The translations under genes and the position numbers were made by a program. The notes under the pieces were generated by a model. The model saw nothing but the letters and a program-made list of their open reading frames with translations. It was not told the origin of the DNA and searched no databases. This document shows positions 13,792 to 28,368 of a stretch of 64,000 nt of DNA, piece by piece (position 1 is the first letter of the stretch; every line of letters starts with the position of its first letter). The stretch comes from Eledone cirrhosa (Eukaryota): contig OZ024741.1 in assembly GCA_964016885.1 (NCBI GenBank), positions 315,828,001 to 315,892,000 of the forward strand, written 5' to 3'.

Positions 13792-14089
13792 TAAAAGAGA
13801 AAACACAGGTAAGCATTAAGAGAAGGATTTAATCCAGGTATTTACGACCGTTTCATTGGTAAGTGCAACCTTATATTGCTATACTGCAAATAGCAGCCAC
13901 TCAATTATAATTGTTGTTCACAGTCCAAATTTTCAAAATTTTGAAAATTTGGACTGTGAACAACAATTATAATTGAGTGGCTGCTATTTGCAGTATAGCA
14001 ATATAAGGTTGCACTTACCAATGAAACGGTCGTAAATACCTGGATTAAATCCTTCTCTTAATGCTTACCTGTGTTTTCTCTTTTATACT
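13788..14089. repeat. Perfect palindrome, 151-bp arms, no spacer
   Basis: Arms mirror around ttttcaaaa|ttttgaaaa at 13938/13939; starts at the edge of (TA)n. Confidence 0.9.
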
Positions 14090-14400
14090 TTATACTCCAA
14101 GATTGAACGGAATTCTTACAAACTTGTGGAGTTACCCCTAGCCGTACATTGAAACCATCCATGAAACTGGCTTTCTTAACCAAAAACTGGATCACAAGAA
14201 GCAATTGTTTGCTTCTCTATCTATATATATATATATATATAGGGGGGGGGGGATTTGTTTTGCAGGATCCTTGATGTCAACTCGTTTGTTAAAACCGATA
14301 TTATAATATTTGGGGATGGTTACTTTGCCAATTCTGCTAATGAAAACACACGCACTGTTTCAATTCCACTTTAACTTTTTTATCATTAGTTATATATTTA

Positions 14401-17400
14401 TCTATATACTACTAAAACTCTGATCTTGCTTGCTTGCTTGCTTTCTTGCTTGTCTGTTATGTAATACAGCCAAAAGGGCGCGTAATGGGTAAATACTTTG
14501 AAAGCAAGTTGCCTCTGAAATGGGAATACAAATTGAATAAAACAAGTTTCGCGAAAATCTGACTCCGGGTTCCCGAGATTCGCGGGTTTTGGGGGTACCT
14601 TCGTAAATAGCCACAACGGTGCATACTGGGAAAATACCTCAAAATTAACATAACCCTGCAAAACTTCGTAAATAGCCAAAACATTGCATAATGAGAAAAT
14701 ACTCTGAATAAAACAAGTTTGGCGTAAATCACACATGGACAATATTTTCAAATTTCCAAAAATAGCAAGGAATTCATCTAAATTCAATTTATCGTATTTT
14801 ATAATGAATATCGAAAAACATAATCCATTTGTTTTTTGCTTGTCCATTCTGTAGGTAAGAGAGACAGAGAGGGGGTGAAAGAGAGAGAGAGGCTGAGAGA
14901 GAAAGAGAGAAAGACAGATAGGGAAAGAGACAGCGTCCTTAACTTTTATTTATTTTAACTTGCCCCCTATCCATAACGTTATTTCTTTCTCTCTCTTTCA
15001 CAGTTCTATTGCCACCGTGTGTATCTGTATGTGTATGTGTGCCAGTGCATGTGTTTACGTACTTAGAGACATGTGTGTATGTGTGTGTAACAGTACTTAA
15101 GTTAGAGACATATATATATATTTGTGCGTGTGTGTAGGATACCTTCGTAAATAGCCAAAACGGTGCATAATGGAAAAATAGAGCTGTAAGTGATATAACC
15201 CTAAAATGGGGATAAAACAAGTTTGACGTAAATCAACATAAACTATTTTCATCATTCGAGAAATATTTTTAATAATTATTAAAAAAAGATTTTTCAGTGA
15301 TTTTCAGTGAATATGATTTCAAAACTATAAGTTGTTTGTACTTCAAGTATCTATATTTGAGCTTTCTTTAAACAGACGATATTTTAATTATCAGCAAAGC
15401 ATTATGTGAATATGACTGAAAAATACCAGTTGGTTTTAAACAGTAGGTTTTTATGTTTTTGCTTTTGTTAAAAAGAATATTTCAATTATTTAGAAATATT
15501 TTAAAGTGAATTTGATTTCACAAATAGCTTTATTTACATAGACAATATCTTCATTTTTTAAAAAAGGGAATACGATGGAAAAGACATTTCTTGGCATATT
15601 TAAAAAGTATTCTTAAGTGAAAATGACTTAAAAAATACAAATTATTTGTACACTGGGTATATTTCAGCTTTCTTTAAACAGAATATTTTAATAAGTATTT
15701 TTTAAGTGAATATGATTTAAAAAATACGAGTTGTTTAAAGAGACAATATTTTCATTATTTAGAAATATTTCTAAATGATGATTTAAAAAAAAAATATTTG
15801 TTGAGGTAATAGGAATTTTTTCTAAGGTGAATACGATTTTCGATTCTTAAATAATTCCTCGACGAGGAAGAAAGAAAACATCTGCTTGGTCTATCGATGG
15901 TGGAAAGAAAGCACGGCTAAGGAGAGCCGAAGAAGGTGAGCAAGATAGTGGTCAACGCCAACAAGATCGGGACAGGCATGCGAATAGAAGGATCGATGAG
16001 ACTGATAAAGCAAGAGCTGCGCGTCTTGCGGAACAGAGGGAAAGAGACGGAAGAAGGAGAGATCATGAATCAGATGGTCGGAGAGCTGCGTGTCTGGCGG
16101 AACAGAGGGAAAGAGACAGAAGCAGGAGAGATCATGAATCAGATAGTCGGAGAGCTTCGCGTCTGGCGGAACAGAGGGAAAGAGACAGAAGAAGGAGATA
16201 TCATGAATCGGACGCTCGGAGAACTGAACGTCTTTGCCAACAAACCATTAGGAATAGAGCAAGGACAGTTCAACGGCGTGACCTCTCTGCTGATATTGGA
16301 CAGGTGAATAAGATCTGCGTCTGTTGTCATGCAATGCTTTTTCATGGTGAAACTGCTAACTTTTGCTGTATGAATGGAAAAGTCAGGTTGGGGAATCTGC
16401 AGCCTTTACCCCAGGAACTTCACAGTTTATTTACTACTGATCAGCCAAGGGCAAACGAGTTCAGGAAGAACCTCAGACAATACAACTGCCTGTTCCAAAT
16501 GACATCTTTTGGGGCCGAAGAAGTTCGTTCCTCAAGGAGTGGATGGAATCCTTCTATCGTTATTCATGGTCAAATTCACCATTACATCGGTTCCTTAAAC
16601 CCTAATCCCAACGAACAACCCCAATTTCTTCAAATTTACTTCTTGGGTCCTCAGGATAGTGTTGATTTGAGGATCAGGATACTCCATAACGGTTGCATTC
16701 AGCGCGACATAGTTGAATTATTGGAAATAATACTCAGACTATATAACCCTTACGTTGCTTCATTTCTAATGGCAAAAGAACAAATTAAAAATATTCCCGA
16801 AGCTTCGATTATTATTGATCCTGATAGGAGACCAGCAATGGAACATGAGAGAAGATTCGAGGCACAAACTGCAAACGAAGTTGACCTTATTATACAAAAC
16901 AGCACCGAACTTCAAGCAAAAGCACGGCACATTGTGTTGAAAGAAAATGGCGGACAATTGCAAATAATCTCAGAGTCCCATCGGTCTTATGATAGTTTGC
17001 AGTATGTTCTATTTTTTCCTTTTGGCGATGACGGATGGCATCATGAGCAACAACAAGAAGTTGGCGCCAATGCGCTACTATGCCTATCGAATAATGAACC
17101 ATGAGAATGAATTCAACCAACTTCTCAGAGGCGGTCGTTTATTTCAGCAATATTTGGTTGACATGGCTGCGAAGATTGAAGGAGATAGACTGCAATACAT
17201 CCGAATGAATCAAACATCATTGCGATCTACAACAAACAAGGTCCTTACTGACGCATTGAATGATAATGACGATTTTCGCAATATTGGCAGGCGAATCATA
17301 CTCTCTTCCACATTTGTCGGTGGACCGAGATATATGATGGAGCGATGCCAGGATGCCATGATGTACATACGGAAGTACGGCAATCCTTCGTTCTTCATCA

Positions 17401-20400
17401 CAATGACATGCAATCCAAACTGGCCCGAAATCCGGCAAAACCTATTCCTGAATCAGAAGCCAGATTTAATTTCCAGAGTATTTGACCTGAAGCGGAAACT
17501 GTTAAGAAAGTATCTTACTGGAGTAGATGGCCTATTTGGCAAGTGCATTGCTTACGTGCTGACAGTCGAATATCAAAAGCGAGGTCTTCCTCGTGTGCAC
17601 TGTTTGCTATGGCTCAATGAAGCCTCCAAGGCCAGACCGCAGGAATATGATAAATTTGCAGTAAGCGGTACCCTAAGCCTTTCAATGAATATACATTGTG
17701 TGGAGAGGACTCTTATCCTGTGTACAGAAGACGGTCTTCAGGAATGGGAGGATTTGAGGGGCACCAAGAAGGAAGGGGAAGCCGAATTATAACTTCGGAA
17801 TGGGTGGTTCCCTACAATATGAAACTATTAAAACTCTTCAACTGCCACCTAAACGTAGAGATGTGCTCTTCCGTGAAATCGATCACATATGTTATCAAAT
17901 ATACCATGAAGAGCAGTGATCAGGCAATGTTTGGAGTGAACAGGGAAGATGAGATAACACAGTATTTAACAGGAAGATATATCGGTCCTTCAGAAGCTAT
18001 TGCCTTGGTACTTGGATTTCCAATTCATGAGAGAGAACCGGTCGTAGTTCGCCTTCGAGTTCATCTACCTGAGGAAAATCAAATCTTCTTTCGGGTCAAT
18101 TCTGCTGTTAAAGTAAACAATAACATGGTTAAGACGACTCTGACTGAGTTCATGGATCTTTGCGATCGCGATCCGTTTGCAAAAACAACGTATTATGCCG
18201 ATGTGCCAAAGTTTTACACTTGGAGTAATAAGAGATGGGAAAGGAGAAAGGTGGGGAAAACAGTTGAGCAGTATCCAGGGATTTTTGAGGCGAACGTTTT
18301 TGGACGAACATACACTGTTTCTCCACGAAGTGGTGACCTGTATTATTTAAGACTCCTTCTGCATCACGTCAAAGGGCCAGTATCCTTCAACTCTTTGAAC
18401 ATGTATGATTGAGAACTCCTGTCATTATTCAAAGACGTCTGCAGAGAGAAAGGTTTGCTTCAATCGGATGATCATTGGCAGCAGAATCTGGTAGATGCTG
18501 AGCGAACAAGGCTTCCCAAAGCCACGAGAGATTTATTCATCGTGCTCCTCACAAATACGGAAATTGACAATTCCAGTGCTTTATGGGTTCGATTTAAGCA
18601 TTCGCTGACTGAGGATTACCTTCAAATAGAAAAAAGGGCTACCAGAAACTCTAACCTTTTGATTAGCGAGAGACATTATGATCAATGTCTTCTGTATTTT
18701 GAAGACAAATTTAACGACCTGGGCAAAAGTCTTAGTGACTTTAACTTGCCAAGGCCAAATAATATTGTTGCTAATCAGGATATTGGCAATTTGGAGGTAT
18801 TGCATGAATTACAATACAGCAGAGAAGAGCAGCGACGATTTGTAGAAGAGACGGAGCCTCTATTGACTAATGAACAAAAACACGTGTACGACTTCGTTTG
18901 TAACAGTTTAGAGACGAACACATCTGCATTGATTTTCATTGACGCTCCAGGTGGAACAGGATAGACATTCCTGATTAACTTAATTCTTTCAAAAGTCAGG
19001 GAAAACGGCGACGTGGCTATTGCTGTTGCGTCATCTGGCATTGCCGCAACACTGATGCCTTGTGGAAGAACAGCTCATTCTAGGTTCAAAATACCGATAG
19101 TAGTGAAAGAAAATGGTCTGTGAAACATTGATAAAAACTCAATGACAGCAAACCTCTTCCAGCATACAAGGCTGATTGTTTGGGATGAGTGTCCTATGAT
19201 TCGGAGGGAAAGCTTCGAAGCTGTTGACCTCACTCTGCGTGATATATGCGAGAACAATGAAGCATTCGGTGGAATTTTGACAATTTGCTGTGGCGATTTC
19301 CGTCAGCTTCTTCCGGTAGTGAAAAGGGGAAATGAAGCGGACGTGGAAAACGCCTGCATTAAAAAATCCTACTTATGGCGAAGCTTCAAAAGATTTCAGT
19401 TGAAGACAAACATGCGATTGGGTGGGGGAGCAGGAGACTATTCACAGTTCCTATTGGATATTGGAGAAGATAAGATAAAAAAAAAATGAAAATGGGGAAA
19501 TTATTTTGCCAAAAGAAATGGTTCTCCAAGCAACAACTATGGAAGAATGTATTGATTTCATCTACCCCTCATTCGACAATCCAGCTGAAGTGTTTTCGAA
19601 CAATTGCATCTTAGTATCTCAATGAAATGATGAGAAGCATCAATTCCACCTGTATCAGACGCTTCCCTGGAACCATGAAAGAGTACCGATCCTATAATTC
19701 TGTGAGTGATGGTGCCAATGCCACTCATTTCCCGACTGAATTCCTTGATTCGGTTGAACTATCAGGACTGCCACCACATAACCTGGAATTGAAAAAAGGA
19801 TCGCCAATAATTCTTATGAGAAACTTGAATCCTCCAAGGCTGTGTAATGGAACGCGCATGATCGTGGAAGACAATATCATAGTAGCAAGAATCAACACTG
19901 TTTCTTTCAGAAATGAGATCGTTATGATACCTAGAATAAGAATTAATCTATCCGAAGGTGAGGATATCCCTTTGCAGCGAAGCCAATTCCCAGTTCAATC
20001 GTGCTTCGCTATGACTATTCATAAAGCACAAGGACAAACTATGGAAAACGTCTTGGTTTATCTGGAACGACCTGTATTCCAACACGGTCAACTGCATGTA
20101 TTCCTTAGCCGCGGAAAAAGAAAAGAAAATGTCAGTGTCTCTGAAGGATACCCAGTCACCTAAGGATGTTGTCATCAAAAGCATTCTTTTGAACAAACTG
20201 TAACAGCATAAATATGAGAAAATGTTGATTCCGACGTCAGAAAATGAAAGGAAAAGGAAAAACTAAGACAAGTAAGAATAATTTCTTTCAAATTTTTGTA
20301 AATAAAACCAGCTTTTCATTAACATTTTAACTTTTTAAGCAGAAAAATCTTTCAGAACAAACAGTCAAGCATCCATAGAGATATAGAAAAAAAGAATTTT

Positions 20401-20753
20401 GGAGTGGAGTGATTGGATAGCTATTAGTGAAAAATTATTTGATATTTTCTTGGTGAAAATACTTGTGAATAATACAGTCAAAAGACAATTTTCGCGTAAA
20501 TCGGACCCCGGTTTTCCGAGATATGGGGTTTTGCTGGGTACCTTCATAAACTGAGAGAGAGAGAAAGATAGAGAGAGAGAGAGAGATAGTGGTTGTGACA
20601 GAGTAGATTGAAAGAGAGACATAGAGAGGGGGGATACAGAGAAGGAGAATGGAAGAGAGCTGGTGGTGTTGTTGTATATATATATGTGAGTGTGTGTGCA
20701 TATATATATGTGTGTGTGTGTCTATGACCAGTGTATATAGATCACAGACAACC

Positions 20754-20850
<97 letters not shown>

Positions 20851-21207
20851 TACCGCCGTTTTCAGTTTGTATGGCCTCTATAACGTATGTTAATTGCTCT
20901 GGTCTTATTTTAGTCCATTGAGCGATTGCCGTATATCTCGAAAATTGCGTTTCGCTTTGTTTTTGACCACAGCCGAAATACGATTTCACTGAAATTATAT
21001 TTGTATATATATATATATATATGTATACAGACACACACATTTATATATATTCATACACACACGTATATATATGGGCCTTCCATTTCATTTCACATTATAT
21101 ACATGTCTGTGCAGATTTTAATTATTTAAAAATCATTTTTAAGTGAACATGATATATTTTTTTATATTTTGAAAGGAACGTGACCCAACGGGTCACTGGT
21201 TGTCTAG
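14401..21207 (+). mobile_element. Autonomous-type Helitron (decayed)
   Basis: 5' A|TCTATATACTAC at 14401; 3' hairpin gtgacccaacgggtcac then CTAG at 21204-21207; internal RepHel coding region; about 120-bp internal repeats. Confidence 0.88.
15854..20200 (+). pseudogene. Helitron RepHel (HUH Rep and PIF1 helicase), disrupted
   Basis: 20-aa RLAEQRERD repeats in frame with CVCC..FCCMNGKV; Rep motifs FFITMTCNPNW, VEYQKRGLPRVH, YVIKY; helicase DAPGGTG*, IVWDECPM, GDFRQLLPV, FAMTIHKAQGQT; stops and frameshifts. Confidence 0.93.
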
Positions 21208-21946
21208 TATACTACTAAAACTCTGTTATTGTGTGCTTAATACAGCCAAAACGGCGCATAATGGGAAAATACTTTGAAAGGAAGTAGCGCCTGAAATGGA
21301 AGTACAAATGGAATAAAACAAGTTCCGCGTAGATCGGAGTAAGGGTTACTGAGATTCGCGGGTTTTTCCGGGTATCTTCATAAATAGAGAGAGAGAAAAA
21401 GACAATGGTTGTGAGAGAGTAAATTGAAAGATATATATATAGAGAGAGAGAAGGAGACAGGGAAGGAAAATGGAAGAGAGAGAGAGAGAGCTGGTGGTGT
21501 TGTTGAATGAAATTATAATAGGTGACTGCAAAGAATCGAATACAGTATTACTGTACCTTGTTCTAATTTGGTGACTGAATATTAAGTGATATTTATCTCA
21601 TAACTTATGACAGGATAGTTCCTGCTAAATAGGAAGGGTTTCTAAGTTTCTGTTATGTGTGTATATATATATATGTGTGTGTGTGTGTGTCTTTGACCAG
21701 TGTGTATAGGTCACAGACACCCATATATATATACACACACACGCACACACATATATATACATATATGTATAACACACACACACAGATATATATATATATA
21801 TGGGCCTATACATACATATATGTATATATATACATACATATATGGGCCTTCCAATTTCATTTCACATCATATACATGTCTGTGTATATTTTAATTACTTA
21901 AAAATTATTTTTAATCGAACGTGATCCAGGGGCCACGGGTGCTCTA

Positions 21947-21947
<1 letters not shown>
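21208..21947 (+). mobile_element. Non-autonomous Helitron, head-to-tail with the large element
   Basis: Starts tatactactaaaactctg like the 14401 5' end; ends in hairpin cgtgatccaggggccacg and CTAG|T. Confidence 0.75.
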
Positions 21948-21980
<33 letters not shown>

Positions 21981-23210
21981 GTCTATAGTATAATGGCTAG
22001 TATTTTGGACTCTGAATACATTGATCAGTTTCTGACTCTTGGTAGAGCCCTATACATGTGATACACCAGCATGGCCGTAGTCGAATTCTTGAAACCAGTA
22101 AAATAGTACATACGTAAGTGAATTGGCAGAGTCGTTATATCATTTCTTATCAGCTTCCGTATGTGATAGGGTCATGCGATGCTTATATTTTCTCCGATTC
22201 ACATGCAGGATGGCCTTAGTTAGAAGGAATATTAAACTGAACATCTTACTTAACTGCCATTACCTTCTACAGACGCTGCAATGGTTAAACGTAAACGTTA
22301 ATTTCGCTAGGATTTAAAGCCATATAGTAAAGTGTCATAATTGCAGGTCACGGGTGTCTTGTCTATGGTTGTTTAGTGCCATATCAGATGGGAAACGACG
22401 AACAATAACAGACAATGGCATGCAAAACTTAATTAACATAGCCTCAGGTTGACCGATGATTTTTATTTTTTTTTATTTCGCTTGTGTATATGTGTGCATT
22501 AGTATATTCGTGTGTGTGTTTACGTTGACTGCTTGTTTATGCCCCGTAAGTGTATGGTTCGGCAACCCTAACATGGTCGCAATCGAATGGCAGAAACCAG
22601 CTAGTCAGTAAAAGAATAAAGCAAAGAGTAAATACAGCACAAAATAACAACAAAAACTAAGCTAAAAGAATTTCCTCCTTTCCAATCCTCAATGGAATTT
22701 TAAAGTTTGCAGTCGAATTCTTCTCTTAAAAGTCTGTATTATTTGTACTTTGGATTTGGAAAGCCATACACTGACACTTTGGCTCTTGTGTAATGTAAAA
22801 AGGTAAATGTTAATGCTTTTATACAATTCCTTAATGGAAATTGTAAAAAACGCCAAAGACGAAAGACGGCAGAAAAGTGGTTGGTTAGCTGGCTGACTGG
22901 TTAGTGGGTTGTTTGGCTGGTTTGTATACTTTGTTCTCTTCTGGAAGATAATGTGACATCTCTGTTTATAAACGCACACATATAAGTCCATACACACATG
23001 CACACACACACGTACACACACATATATATACACACATACACATACACACACAAGTACAGACACACACACACGTGCACGCACACATTCATACCGTACAGTA
23101 AAATCTCTGCATCAAATAGTTGATCTTAACCTTGATATATTAATCTTTATCGAATATCTGCGTATAAATATACACATATAAATACACACACACACACTCA
23201 CACACACACA

Positions 23211-23273
<63 letters not shown>

Positions 23274-23428
23274 ATTTCTTTGCAATTTTTCTTTTTATCT
23301 TTTTGACTGATCGAGATCTAAATCAGCTATAAATTCACAATATATTTTATTTTCAATTTGCCGCTATAGTAAAGTCGCCTGGCGAAGGTTGAATCTATCT
23401 TCCCTGCGTGACGCCACATGTTGCTTAC

Positions 23429-23477
23429 TGCTACCCTCTCCCGGCGCAGAAATAATGTAGAATTTGACCTGCATCCA
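23429..23477 (-). other. Possible small host-gene exon
   Basis: Minus strand ttgtctttcacag|49 bp|gtaagc in a non-repetitive, GC-richer patch; no protein recognised. Confidence 0.2.
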
Positions 23478-23740
23478 CTGTGAAAGACAAATTGCAAATG
23501 CACTTGTCGGAAAGTCAACTCGCAGAACCTTAAGATCTTTATGTCTCAGTTATCTGCGTGCAATCACGCCATTATAAATAAGTATTTGTAAAGCACTCTG
23601 AGATAGCTTTGTACGGTTTTACCTTCAAATCATGAATGAGTAATGGGAGCAATCGAGACTATCGTAAATATATTTCCTATAACCTCCTCATATATATATA
23701 TAATTCAAAATTCAATAAGACCAAAGATTAGTATTATTAT

Positions 23741-23860
23741 CAAATCCCGCCGAGGTTAACTTTGCCTTTTATCCTTACGGGGTCGATAAAATAAAGTACC
23801 AGTGATGCACTGGGGAATTTGGTGGTGGCCTTGTGCCAAAGGTAGAAACAATTATTATTT
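23741..23860 (+). mobile_element. 5'-truncated Meta-like SINE copy
   Basis: Near-identical to the 3' half of the SINE at 8151. Confidence 0.75.
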
Positions 23861-24128
23861 ATTTATACATCCACGATCATTTCAACACAACTAGTGTATT
23901 TCATCAATTGTGGAGAAAAAACAGATATGTTCAGTAAGGTACTCCATTATAGGTGTTTTACTCAAAGTCGTATGCCTTCAGGAAATATTTAAAAAATAAC
24001 AATGATTTGTTTAAAGTTATAGTGAACTATTACACTATAACCTCATATATATATATGTGTCTGTGTGTGTGTGTGTGTCTCTGTCTGTCTGTATGCATGT
24101 AAGTATATTTATGCATACATATGTGTAC

Positions 24129-24196
<68 letters not shown>

Positions 24197-24626
24197 ATGA
24201 ATGTATATATAGTGTATTTTGCATTACAATGTATGCTTAATTAAAAGCATTTTGAAGACCTTACGCTATTGTTTTAGAGTAGTGAAGGGTCTCACTTACT
24301 TTAAATTTTCAGCAAACAGGGGGAGATAAAGCTGACAGAGCTCTGTTTCGTACTATTTGGTACTTATCAAGGCTAAGTACTCCACCTGTCTGCTGAAAAT
24401 CATGAATGTTTGATTCTTATAGAATTCTAGTAATAATCAGGAACTGATTATACAGAGCGGTTGCCGGTCAAGCAGAAATTGAAAATTAGAATTGGTGCTC
24501 TGAAATAGCGATATATATCTTCAAAATGCTTTTAATTAAGCATACAGTTAACCAAAATAGTATTAAGCAAAATACACTATATATACATTCATATATATAT
24601 ATCGCTATTTCAGAGCACCAATTCTA

Positions 24627-24630
<4 letters not shown>
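24197..24630 (-). mobile_element. Solitary diverged relative of the 310-bp HHR unit with an inverted partial copy, in (TA)n
   Basis: Shares cattttgaagacct, caggaactg, gagcggttgccggtc and gctctgaaatagcgatatat with the array; 24518-24630 are inverted pieces. Confidence 0.75.
24330..24374 (-). ncRNA. Type I hammerhead ribozyme, U3-A8 core variant
   Basis: agcc-TTGATAA-gtac(caaata)gtac-GAAA-cagagctctg-TC-agct; one mismatch in proximal helix I; distal stem ttttcagcagacagg/cctgtttgctgaaaa. Confidence 0.65.
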
Positions 24631-24663
<33 letters not shown>

Positions 24664-24855
24664 AACTGTTTGAATGGACCTACTCGGAGTGTGCATCTGT
24701 AGATTCGAAGACTGCTTGAGCAGGCTATTTGCCTTAGATCAGGCCACTTGTGGTTTTATGTAGTTTTTTTCCACTAGAAACCCTCGAACGTCTCCTTTCT
24801 GTTGAGGAATTCCCATTGTTAAAATTGTTTATTGTTACATCTTTTATTGCTTTTT

Positions 24856-25675
<820 letters not shown>

Positions 25676-26161
25676 TGTGGTAAGGAACCATATTTATTTA
25701 TTTATATAGACACCTAAACATATATATATATATACATACTAAATTCAGGTATCATATCATAACATATATAATATGTATGATAATTATGCTTCTAGGTAGA
25801 AAGGTGCAATGGTTGTTTGTCCAGAGCAGCAATAATTCCAAATATAAGATATATGTATATATAAGATATATACAATATAGAGAAAAAGACATATAGTTAA
25901 AGAAACACAGTATTTTGTACATATATAAAGCATATAATATTTAGGAAAAAGTATATACTTTATGGGGATGGTCATGCAGATATGTATATATATATAAAGG
26001 ATAACAAAATATCGTTATAGGTAATCCAGTTAGAGGTTGTGAATACTTATGGATAGTTTTAGCGTACTGCGTGGTTTGACTCAACAAGAGGTTTACGTAG
26101 ATGACGAGTTTATGATTTCACTTGTATTCCTATGTAAGTTTATCTTTGAGTAATAAAATTG

Positions 26162-26473
26162 AAAAGGTGGAGAATAACATGGTCAACAGTACAAAAAAGG
26201 GATTTATTTACAGTCTAACAATTGTTTCACTGATAAAGATGTCTAAAAATTGCTGAACACTAGAAGCAGTGCCACTCAATTTTAAATACGATGTTAGCTC
26301 GATGAGATCTTCGGAAACAGTTTCCGAAGATCTGATCGAGCTAACATCGTATTTAAAATTGAGTGGCACTGCTTCTACTGTTCACAACTTTTAGACATCT
26401 TTATCAGTGAAACAATTGTTAGACAGTAAATAAATCCCCTTTTTTTTTGTACTGTTGACCATGTTATTCTCCA

Positions 26474-26478
<5 letters not shown>
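26162..26478. repeat. Near-perfect palindrome (about 157-bp arms) next to (TA)n
   Basis: Centre tcggaaac-a-gtttccga at 26319; shares gccactcaatt with the 13.8-kb palindrome; contains GAAA-caattg-TT. Confidence 0.85.
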
Positions 26479-26513
<35 letters not shown>

Positions 26514-27220
26514 ATTTACTAGGCAATAGTCCCCCTGTGTCACGTTAACGTAGCGATCAGAATTGTCCGTCGCATTTCTACGTTCCATAGTATATAATAA
26601 TATATGGGTTGTGCCAAGCCAACAGTACAGGCTTATGTATATTCCGATGAACACTGGAAAGCTTTCAAGTTGTGGATTTAGTGGTTGTTTATAATTACCA
26701 AGGGTTTAATTATAATCAGATTTATCTCTCATCCGCTTCAATTCTTGAGAGCTTGGCTTCCTGATATTCATAAATTTATTTATATGAATCGGGTGTGGGC
26801 TGAAATAGAATATATATATGTATGTATGTATATGCATATATATATCTATATATAAGTTTGTGTATGTGTGTATGTGTTTGTGCGTGCATGTCTGTGTGTA
26901 TGTATGTATTAGTAATAATATATCAAATGCGTTTGTTTAAACTTTGTCTTGCTCAAATATTGACCATACATCAGCCCAAACCAAACCGTTATTCAATATA
27001 TTCTCACCTGATCGCAAATAAAAGCATTTCAAACCAGCAATCTATTACGAACATAAAAGAAATTTGCATAAAGAAACACATCCTATGCAGTCACACACAC
27101 ACGTCTTCATATACATTCATATTTACACTACTGGACACATGCACACTCAAAAATATATGCACTCACTAACAGACGTATACACACAAACAGACAGACAGAC
27201 ACACAGACACACAGACACAC

Positions 27221-27251
<31 letters not shown>

Positions 27252-27547
27252 GATAGAAGTACGCACACAGACAAACACACAGAGATACCAGACACACACA
27301 GACAGACACAGATACACACACGCATGCTCACACACATACACTCATACGCACACAAATGCACATACGCATAATACACTTATGTTGAGAGACTGGCAAAGGA
27401 GTGAGTTTCTACCAAATTTCTCCACTTGCTAGAAATAGCATCCATATCTCCCTCAAATCTCACCGTACACTATTAATGGCTAACCTTTTTAGTTCGAGTC
27501 TTATATGACTCGAGTACCTCTTGCATGCATACGTATATTTTAGTTGT

Positions 27548-27830
27548 GGAAGCAGTACGGCCTAATGGTTAAGAGTTTCGTTTCCCAAACGTTAGGTCGT
27601 TAGGCCGATTCCACTGCGTGGCATTTACAAGAGTTTAGGGTAGATTCATGCCTTATAAGTGGAATTTGGTTGAAGGAAACTGCTTGGAAAGCCGGTGCAC
27701 GGACTCTACCTGTAATTCAAAATCCCATCCTTGTCATACAGTGTGTCACACTGAAATACCTTGATAATTAAGTTAGAGATACACGTGCCTATGGAATACT
27801 CACTTACACGTCAATTTCATGATAGAACAA
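27548..27830 (+). mobile_element. Decayed tRNA-derived SINE
   Basis: ggcctaatggttaagag head and ccactgcgtggc; body similar to 58340-58600. Confidence 0.5.
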
Positions 27831-28029
27831 CTCGAAAAACTCTTCTGGTGGGGTCCATTCTATTCCATTCAAAATGCATTTATTCTTTTACTGGTTTCAG
27901 TCATTATACAGTGGCCATGCCGGATCACGACCTCCAATATTTGTAATTGGGGATATCAACTCCACTAGTATTTTGTTTTCAAGCCGTACTTAATTTGCGA
28001 TCTCAATTCCTCGAACCGCTACGAAAATG

Positions 28030-28122
<93 letters not shown>

Positions 28123-28368
28123 ACATACACACACACATACATACATACATACACACATACATACATACATACATACATACATACATACATACATACAAAC
28201 ATGACAGTCGAGAGAAAAGAGTACTTAATAATAAAGTAGATTTTAAATATTCATTTTGTGATGGCTAAATACTGAGTCTTGTTTTTCTGCAGTTTCATCT
28301 GGTTATCCCTGGGTCATCTTGTCTGGTGATTCTATAATAAACAGTCGGTATATACATATATATATATA

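Noticed and set aside
15936-16307. Separate 123-aa ORF with 20-aa repeats
   Set aside because: Alternative frame of the RepHel N-terminal 60-bp repeats
21598-21656. HHR-like cttatga-cagga..tcctg-ctaaa
   Set aside because: Both core boxes are mismatched; too degenerate to call
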